The translations under genes and the position numbers were made by a program. Below are positions 55,231-64,000 of a stretch of DNA of 64,000 nt, piece by piece. The notes under the pieces were generated by a model. That model made no database searches. It saw only the letters and a list, made by a program, of their open reading frames with translations, and had not been told where the DNA came from. Numbering within the stretch: the first letter of the stretch is position 1; the number at the start of each line of letters is the position of its first letter. This stretch comes from Hypanus sabinus (Eukaryota), in the NCBI RefSeq assembly GCF_030144855.1, contig NC_082727.1, positions 54,250,001-54,314,000 on the forward strand, written 5' to 3'.

Positions 55231-55460
55231 CAATGCACACAAAACAGTGGAAGAACTCAGCAAGTCAGGCAGCATTATTGGGGGGAAATGAAGAGTTGAC
55301 ATTTCAGGCCGAAACCCTTCATGATAGTCCTGTTGAAGGGTCTCGGCCCAAAATGTGCACTGTTCATTTCCTTCTGTAGATGCTGCCTGACCTGCCGAGT
55401 TCCTCCAGTGCTTGGTGCGTTGATCTAGATTTCTCCCAAGTGCAGTCTCTCTTGTGCTTA
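55231..55460. mobile_element. Penelope-like fold-back element
   Basis: About 90-bp inverted arms (55231-55321 vs ~55334-55422) meeting at two opposed hammerhead remnants. Confidence 0.78.
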
Positions 55461-55789
55461 CATTGATCGCAACTGCTTTCAAATGCCTCTGATCATTGGG
55501 GACATATAGAAATGGTTAAATATCTTCCTGACAGCATGAGGTATGAAAAGGCCAACTACCTGGTCAAAGCCTTGTGGCTCAAGGACTCTGGGACAGTCAT
55601 GGCCAGCAAGGCCTCAACGTTTCCTTGGCCACAAGAAGTTAAAATGAGCACAGGAAAAGAACTACGGACAAACTGAAAGCACAAGAGGATCGATCACAAT
55701 CTGGCAGAATATTCTGCAGAAAATATAATTCATGGTCTGGAAGTACTCATAAGAATTTAAGAATATTAGAAAGTCAAAGGCTAGAAACC

Positions 55790-56375
55790 CTGCAGTGTGT
55801 GCCTTACCTCCTGACTCCCCAAGGTCTGTCCATCATCGACAAGGCTCAGGTCAGGAGTGTAACGGAATACTCACAACTCACCTGGACGAGTGCAGCTCCA
55901 TCAATAGTCAAGAAGCTTGACACCATTTAGTACAAGGCAGCCCACTTAATTGGTACCCCTTCCACAAGCATCCAATCCCCCCACCATCAACAAACCGTTG
56001 CAGCAGTGTGCACTAGGTACAAGATGTGCTGCAACAACACACTGAAATTAAGTTCCTAAGGCAACTCCTTCCAGATCCGCGACCACTATATCTTAAAGGA
56101 CGAGAACAGCAGATGCCTAGGAACACCACCAACTGAAGATCCCCCTCCAAATCAGTCACCATCCTGACTTGGAAACACATTGCCATTCCTTCAATGTCGC
56201 TGGGTCAAAATCATGGAATTCCCTCCCTAACAGCACTGCGGGTGTACCTACAATTCAGGGACTCCAGCCGTTCAAGAAGGCAGCTCATCACCATCTTCTC
56301 GAGGGCATCTAGGGACGGGAACTAAGTGCTGGCTTAGCTGACCATGACTACATGCTGTAAATGAATAAATAAAAA
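55790..56375 (+). mobile_element. CR1/L2-group LINE 3' end (distinct family)
   Basis: KAQVRSVTEYS...W motif and tggaattccctccct (WNSLP); gaataaataaa tail. Confidence 0.65.
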
Positions 56376-56409
56376 AAGATTAGAAATAGAATGGAAATAG
56401 AAATAGAAA

Positions 56410-56796
56410 GACTGCAGAGGTTTGTAGCTACGGACAACTCCATCATGGACACAAGTCTCCTCACCATCAAGGACATCCTCAAACGACACTGCCTCAAGGT
56501 GGCAGCATCTGACATTAAGAACTCGCAGGAGCCCTCTACTTATTACTTCTATTAGGGAGCAAGTACAGGAGTCTGAAGACCCACACTCAACATTTTACAA
56601 ACAGCTTCTTCCCCTCTTCCATCAGATTTCTGAAGTCCACGAATGCATGGACACTACCCCCCCCCCAATCCTCTTTTGCAATATTTATTTATTAATTACG
56701 GTAGCTTAAAAATTTTTTTATGTCTTGCACTGCACTGCTGCCACAAAACAACACGATATTCTGTATGTCAGTGATGACAAACCTGATTCCGATTCA
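56410..56796 (+). mobile_element. Rex-type LINE 3' end
   Basis: acagcttcttcccc...catcagatttctgaa and cctgattccgattc tail. Confidence 0.65.
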
Positions 56797-57306
56797 GAGG
56801 AGGAATAGGATGTTTGGCCACACATTCCACCATTCAACAATAGTATGATTTATTTGCAACCTCAAACACCACTACTCCATGTTCTTTGATTCTTTTACCA
56901 TTTAGAAATGTATCCATCTGTTTTGAATGAAATCTGTGATTGAGCCTCTACAGCCTTGCAGAGCAAAACATTCCAAATGTTACTACCCCTCAACCATCTG
57001 GACCTTGAGTAAAAGGGATAAATACACTCTCGTGCCCCATCATTAAATTGTTCCCACAACCAATGAGCTCCCTTCAAGGACTCTTTATCTTGTTATCTCA
57101 CGCTCATGTTATTTATTGCTATTTATTTATATTTGCATTTGCACGGTTAGTTCTCTTCAGCGCTCTAACTGATCTTCCATTGACCCCACTATCCTATAGA
57201 CTTGCTGAGAATGCCCACAGGAAAATGAATATATGTACTTTGATAGTAAAACTTTGAACTTTATTCAGCATATGATATTCTCCCATCCCAAGAAGCAACT
57301 TGGTGG

Positions 57307-57513
57307 GTCTTCACCACTATCCTTGAATGGCAAGTCTTCACCACTATCCTTGAATGGCAAGTCTTCGCCACTATCCTTGAATGGCAAGTCTTCGCCACTA
57401 TCCTTGAATGGCAAGTCTTCACCACTATCCTTGAATGGCAAGTCTTCGCCACTATCCTTGAATGGCAAGTCTTCGCCACTATCCTTGAATGGCAAGTCTT
57501 CGCCACTATCCTT
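57307..57513 (+). repeat. 27-bp minisatellite, 7.7 copies
   Basis: Unit GTCTTCRCCACTATCCTTGAATGGCAA starts at 57307, 57334, 57361, 57388, 57415, 57442, 57469 and 57496 (partial). Only one position varies. Confidence 0.97.
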
Positions 57514-58920
57514 TGAGGTAAAGAGGCCAAGCCAGATTTCATAGGGGGCGCAAGTAAAAAACAGGAAACTGGGGGTCACAGGAGCTTCTGAACGAACCAT
57601 GGTGCGTTTACTGTTTTAATGAAACATTACTGAAATATATAAATAAAAAAAGAAATGAATGCATGCAATTTAATTGGAAGCCTGAATGAATTGAAAGGGA
57701 AAACATGCTAGATGATGCAAATGAGGCAGGAAAACAGCTTCGCCTGTGGTGAGGGTGTGGCACGTAATCGTAACCTTGATCCTGCCTGACCATGCACAAC
57801 CCACTGTTCAAACCCTGCAGGACGGCCCACTGACCCCCGTCCCACATCTGCCCCCAAATCACAAACTGCGGACAGGCTGGGGCTGGGCTGTCTGCGATTC
57901 AGCGATAATGCAGCGGGAGGCAGCTTCTGCCTTCCTCCCATTGACCGGTAACATGCGCGAGATGAAGGCAGCAGTTAGAGTGGGGGGGGGGGGTCACCTG
58001 CCAGAGAGTCGAGAACACGTGCAGCCTGCCATCGTATCACTATCCACCACTGCAACTTCCATTCAATCCCTAGTACTTTCCACCATTTGAAAGGAAGTTC
58101 AATTCGCTTTCCTTGGTGAGTACACTCTCTTTATTGCCACATCGAATTTGCGTACGTAATAGAACTTTAAAAAAAATTGCCTGACAAATTAAATTAAAAA
58201 AATCCTGGCTAAAAACCGGTTTTTATTTTTACATGCATATTCAATACTGTTAATTTTTCATGTGAGATTATACTTATTATAATTGTTCAATGTTTACTGA
58301 TTTTCTATAGGGCTTACTCACACAGTTGTATTGTTGTTGCTGTTATATATCCATTGGACTGAGTGGTGGATCCATTGGGTTGAATGTGAGTGACGTTGCA
58401 AGAATGTTTCACTGTGCCGCAGAGTGATAAAACACCTCAAGCAAAACTCAAACGCAGCAAGCAAAATTTATGAATAACTGGTGATATTCAAAAGTGGTTC
58501 CACAGCTCTGGGAGAAAACAACATTGTTTTTAATTGAATTTCCCACCTTTTATGTCATTGAATATGGTTTTAGTCAGGCTCATCACCTGGTATCAATAAC
58601 TCGTAACCATCTTGATGTTGTGAAAAGAGTTGATCTTTGATTATCTTTAATTAAGTTGCAACCAGATATTCGAAAACTTGCGAGTTTTCATCAGTTGCAA
58701 GGGTTTCTAAATGCCTAAAGTAACAACATTAAGCACTTCTTTATTGCTGGTTGGAAGAATATTATATATGTTATAAATAAAGTATCCTATTCAGAAATTT
58801 CAAATAGTTTTACTTTTCATATACATTATATCTAACACAGTAATGCCTACAACTTGTTAAAACATAAATATTGACTGTATATTAGAATAATTACTACAGT
58901 TAATCAAAAAAAAACTGACA

Positions 58921-59284
58921 GGTGTACAAGGTGATGAGAGGCATTGATCGTGTGGATAGTCAGAGGCTTTTTCCAAGGGGTGAAATGGCTTACACGAGAG
59001 GGCACAGTTTTAAGGTGCTTGGAAGTAGGTATGGAGGAGATGTCAGGGGTAAGTGTTTTTACACAGAGAGTGGTGAGTGTGTGGAATGGGCTGCTGGTGG
59101 TGGCGGTGGAAGTGGATACGATAGGGTCTTTAAGAGACTCCAGGACAGGTACATGGAGCTTAGAAAAATAGAGGGCTATGGATAAGCCTAGGTAATTTCT
59201 AAAGTAAGTACATGATCGGCACAGCATTGTGGGCCAAAGGGCCTATATTGTGTTGTAGGTTTTTCTATGTTTCTTTCTATGTTT
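58921..59284 (+). mobile_element. Young CR1 3' end
   Basis: VYKVMRGIDRVD...TRGHSFKV...FTQRVVSVWNGL; tail (ttctatgt)n. Confidence 0.88.
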
Positions 59285-60689
59285 AGCAACTAATGCAGAC
59301 TTTGAAGAGTGGGGGCCACAGAGGTAAATGAAAGTCACAAGTGGACCATGTGCAGGAAAAGGGTGAGAACCACTAATCGAAAGAATACAGAGGATAGCCG
59401 CCTTTTCTACGAAAGTAGATAACCTCACAGTTTCCACATGTTGTTGGTTAGTCTGTCCATATCCTCTTGAAATCTCTTTCAAATCTGATCACTAATCACA
59501 TTCACACTTAACTTTATGTTATCAGCAAATAGGAAAATGTCAGATTTGGCCCCCTCAGTTAAATCATTGGTACAGTTTTATGCGGATGGGGCCAGGAACA
59601 AATCCCTGTAGGACCTCATCAACTTGCTTATTTTCTATTCATTAACCAACCCACTTTCCACACTAGCATGTTTTCACAGTTTCATGTGCTTCGCATGTCT
59701 ATCAATCTTATCAACAGCTTTTTGTAATTTTAAATACTCTATATTTGATATTTGTTGGAGCTCCCTGCCATTTCTCTCTTCACTATTAGAAGTTCCCTTG
59801 TTTCTAATTGTAAGGATTCACATTTGCCCCTGCTGGTCTTTTATTTTATTTCGAAGTTCTGTTCGATTGGTGTGAACACAGACAGCTATGAACTGCCAAT
59901 ATTGGGCATTCCCAATATTTGGCCTAAAATGAATGTTACGTCTCCAAAATGATAGGTAGCCAATGAGTACTGATTGGCATTATGTTTATAGGTGCCCAGG
60001 ATGCCCAACAGAAACTGGCTCTGGGTCTTTTTCCATCCATTTGAATTAATTCAGTAGTTGACTTTGACTAACATTAAGAAGTGTCTTCTTTGGTTAAAGG
60101 CAGTCAAGCAAGATTTATTCATGGGGTGTGCTGGTAGATTTCTTAAATGTAAAGACAGGAAGAACAGGATAATTTCCCCCGGTTCCATTTTAACCCCCTT
60201 TACTGCACATCACTGAATGCCTTCTCAGTGCCAGCTATCCTCTTCCTCCCTCCCCCTCCAGCTGGCCAAGTTATCACCAGCAGTGGGATGTTTTCGGAAT
60301 GGTTTTTAGCCGACTTTCATGGAACATCGGATATTGCTTCTTCTGCCAAGCCATTACTGACACAAAACTTGAAGCTTCAGAGATCATACTCATCAAGGAT
60401 TAACTGCATGACTCTCTATAAAATGCTGTTGAAATTGTCTGTGAAGTAGGTCAGATCGGAATTGGTTACCATAAAGTGTTGTAGTGTGCGCGAATAAAGG
60501 ACTTCTGATAGAGAGCAATGGAATATCTCCTTTCCTTCATGGGGGAAAGAGGTTAGATGATATATAAATGACGTACACCAAGTCATCCTACTGTGAAAGT
60601 ATTTACTTTGAATAGATTAAATTACCTTCCATTGTTTCTTGCAACATTTACAGTATTTACAGGATAAAGAGATATTCTGCTTTATTAAA

Positions 60690-61005
60690 TTCTCACCCCA
60701 CTCATCCATTCCCCTCTATGGCCTTTTACTTCTTATCACCTGACTACTAATTCTCCCTTGGTCCCCTCCTCCTTCCCTTTTTCCTATGGTCCTCTCTCCT
60801 CTCCTATCAGATTCTTTCTTCTCTAGCCCTCGACCTTTCCCACCCACCTGGCTTCACCTATCACCTTCCAGCTAGCCCCTTTCCCATCTCCCAACATTTT
60901 AATTCAGGCATCTCACCCCATTCCCTTCAAGTCCTGATGAAGAGTCTCGGCCTGAAACATCACTCTTTTCCACAGATGCTGCCTGACCTGCTGAGTTCCT
61001 CCAGC

Positions 61006-61056
<51 letters not shown>
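60690..61056 (+). mobile_element. Penelope-like 3' UTR with hammerhead motif and (TG)24
   Basis: UTR homologous to 48830-49150; agtcCTGATGAagagtctcggcctGAAAcATCact at 60930-60964; (TG)24 at 61008-61055. Confidence 0.8.
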
Positions 61057-61058
<2 letters not shown>

Positions 61059-62689
61059 CTTTTTTAAATTAATCTGTTTATCATTTACTGTATGTATCTC
61101 TGCATTATTATAAATCTTCTAAATGAATATTGTGCATTACATTCGAGAGATTGCCATGACCCAGGCAATGAATTTGTTACAGATTGATTCTACTAGCCAA
61201 ACTTTGTGTTCCTGAGGAATGGACACAATACCACCCCAAAAGCCCCTTCTCTACCTTGTGTAGTCATTATCCTTACATTCCCAAGAGCCAGTTGCAATGG
61301 TGCATTTCTTTAAGATGACTGAGCACACCTATGAATCTTTTCTTTTATTTGCCCAGTAATCCCTTCCCAGGACACAGCTCAGAATTGTGTCAGATTGTAG
61401 GATCTGATGTTGAGCTTGAAAATGACAAGGATTGTGATGGAGAGTCAGGCAGAAAGGTATGATTTTGTGAGAGTGATCATATCTTGATGAGGTTATGGGA
61501 CAGGTGACTTAATTTAGGCACTGATTCTAAGATGTTCAAGCTTGACAAGGCTGGGAGTGGCTTTATCACATATAAATGTTGTGTCTCAGTTGATGCTGGG
61601 CGGTCTATACAGTTTTATTGTTAATTTATTCCAGCACAACAGTTTTGATGTATATGATAGATTTGTCAGATCATTTCAGAAGGTTGCAGAGATCAACCTT
61701 GTTGAAGATTTGGAGACACAAATATATCAGAACATGGAAAGGCAGCAAATTTCCTTCTTTGAAGGATATTGGTGAACCAGTTGGATTTAATATCTGTAGT
61801 TTCATGGTCAACATTGCTGAGACTAATAATACCTTAAATTCCATTTGCATTGTTAGTCCAGGCTCGAGCAAGAAGGACCTGATCATGTTTAAGGTTTGAT
61901 TTTAGTAATGATTCAGGCATGCACTGTATTAAAACATTGGACTTTGGGCATTGGACTGTATTAAAACATTGAATTTTCTTTGGCAAAGTTACTCTGCAAA
62001 TGCCGCTGAATAAAATATATTTCAGACAGAAAAAATAATTTCAATATAGGAAAAGTTAAATTTAAGACAATAAACTAAAGGAATTAATGACATCTTCCTC
62101 ATAATACAGTGTGCAATGTTGCACATTGATCTCCAGTTGCAGTCTAGTCATCACCACTGACGTTAATACTCCTTATTTTACGTCTGTTCCTTCTTTTAAG
62201 CTCAACATTCCTACACAGAAAATTCAATATATTTTTTTCTTCAGCTACAAAATCAGTTCCCTGACCAAAAGAGCTTTATCAGCAATCCTGCATCTTGAGT
62301 AGGAATAGGATTTGAATAATGTCATGGGATAAAAAATGATTTATCAATTCAGTGTGTAAATGGAATAATAAACAAACTGGAGCAGCGTAGGAAATGGAGC
62401 TTTAACTTGTAACAAAGTATGTTGTTATTTGGTGGCAAATTTCTCCAAATTCACTAGAAGAATCAATGAACCAGCTTCAACATCTTCTCCTAGCCAACAG
62501 TCCCAGCAATGAGGAACTAATCCTCTCAGTCAGCTCCATTGGATTGTCCTTGTCATTTTCATGCCCAACACCAGAGTCCTGAGTCTGACACAATTCTGAG
62601 CAGTGTTTTGGGAAGTGATTGCTAGGAAAGCAGAAGCAAAGATTCAAAGGTGTGCTTACCATGTCTGCATGCTTTAATACATTGACCTG

Positions 62690-63870
62690 TTGCCACATGA
62701 TTGGCTGATTAAGTATTTGTATTAACCAGCGGGTGTACAGGTGTACCTAACAAAGTGACCATTGGTTGTAAGTTCAACATATCATGGAATACATCATGAG
62801 GGAAGGTCACTGAAGGGATGAATAAACATTGGTTTGAAAAAAACAAAGTGGATTCAAATAGACTTCTAGAGAATGAGAAGATTGAGACAAATGCTGTATC
62901 AATCCCAACCCTGTGTGTTAAAATTAAGCAATTGGCAGTAGACTTGTCAATCCATTGGCTTTTTCCAGACTCTGGTTATTTCCTCTTTTCCTATTGGCTA
63001 CTTGAAGAGCATTATTCTAATTCTGCATTGCAATCTCAATCTTTGTTTCACAAGTAAACAACCATTGATCCGGCTCTCATTAGTTATTCAGGTTTTCATT
63101 AATGAAGTCGGCATTCTATTTATGATATACACTTACTCATAATGAAATAAACATATCCAATAAACATAATAGCTTAGTAAACCACTACAAAATCAGCCAT
63201 GCTATTGTAAGCTCATAAGTTTACGTATAACACTATTGGAAATGTAATCAACAATGCTGCTCTCATTTGTTGCTGGTTTGTGAAGTAATTGATTCATTTT
63301 TTAACATAAATGCAAGATCCTGCATATGGAATAGCTTTAGTCCAAAGACTCATGTTTTATAAATAAGTTATAAGTTGGGAGGGATACTTTTGGTACAAAA
63401 GTGTAGGAAAGGAATTAAAACCCTCAGTGATCTACATTTAAATATTTGTGAGAATTAAATGGCCGACTTTGCAGTCTGACATTGGATCACTTCAGCTCAG
63501 AGAAAATCTCATTTCCAGATACAGGAGTTAAAAATCATAGACTCAGTTGCCACTTCCTGTACCTAATAAGGTAGCCTCTGAGTGTATGTCATGGTCTTAT
63601 GCTGCTGTAGCCCATAAACTTCAAGGTTCAATACACTCTCCTGAAAATCGCTGTTGTTATTTGAGTTGCTGTCACCTTCCCATCAGCTTGAGCCTGTCTG
63701 ACCATTCTCCCCCGACCTCTCTCATTAACGGGGTGTTTTCAACCACACACTACCACTCACTGGATGTCTTTTGTTTCTCGTATAATTCTCTGTAAACTAT
63801 AGAGACTGTTATCTGAATAACAACGGAATCCCTTGAGCATGTCTGCATACTATTATGCATTGAGCTGCTG
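62690..63870. mobile_element. Two Tc1/mariner-derived non-autonomous remnants (~62690-62770 and ~63540-63870)
   Basis: TIR-like words acaggtgtacctaacaaagtgacc and ctcagttgccactt...gtacctaataaggtagcc...gagtgta. Confidence 0.55.
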
Positions 63871-64000
63871 TATCAAGTTCTGCCATTCCTTTGGATTCAC
63901 CAGCTGAGTGGAGAGGGAGTGCCTGGTTCATGGGCAGTGGCTTCCTCTCCATATCATACAGTCCTGGTTTGTGTACTGGCTTTCATAGACAGCTGGAATG

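Noticed and set aside
57233-57600. Repetitive ORFs or a CRISPR-like array
   Set aside because: Head-to-tail 27-bp units with no spacers, in a vertebrate genome; the open frames follow from the unit length.
58200-64000. Exons of an upstream neighbour such as Acadsb
   Set aside because: No recognisable coding exon; the region is unique AT-rich sequence and decayed repeats.

Overview
AT-rich vertebrate genomic DNA. The repeat families (CR1, Rex/Babar, L2, RTE, V-SINE, Penelope) suggest a cartilaginous fish, probably a ray; this is an inference. The window holds the tandem NK5 homeobox pair on the minus strand: Hmx3 (CDS 17353-17059 + 16962-16358, 299 aa), then Hmx2 (6826-6562 + 5505-4967, 267 aa). 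Downstream of them is a CpG-rich promoter with a splice donor at 1772/1771, probably non-coding exon 1 of Bub3 given the known Hmx3-Hmx2-Bub3 order. About 1.4-23.8 kb is almost transposon-free and keeps its CpGs. From 23.8 to 64 kb the sequence is a dense, nested transposon mosaic with a few unique CNE-like islands and CTCF-like motifs. Main observations: (1) about nine Penelope-derived termini carry a minimal hammerhead ribozyme motif, three of them as fold-backs; (2) Hmx2 has two overlapping splice donors, one predicting a homeodomain-less isoform; (3) the 96-nt Hmx3 intron is in frame and stop-free; (4) both Hmx genes have an out-of-frame upstream ATG next to the start codon. Repeat boundaries are approximate, and family calls come from motif recognition, not database searches.
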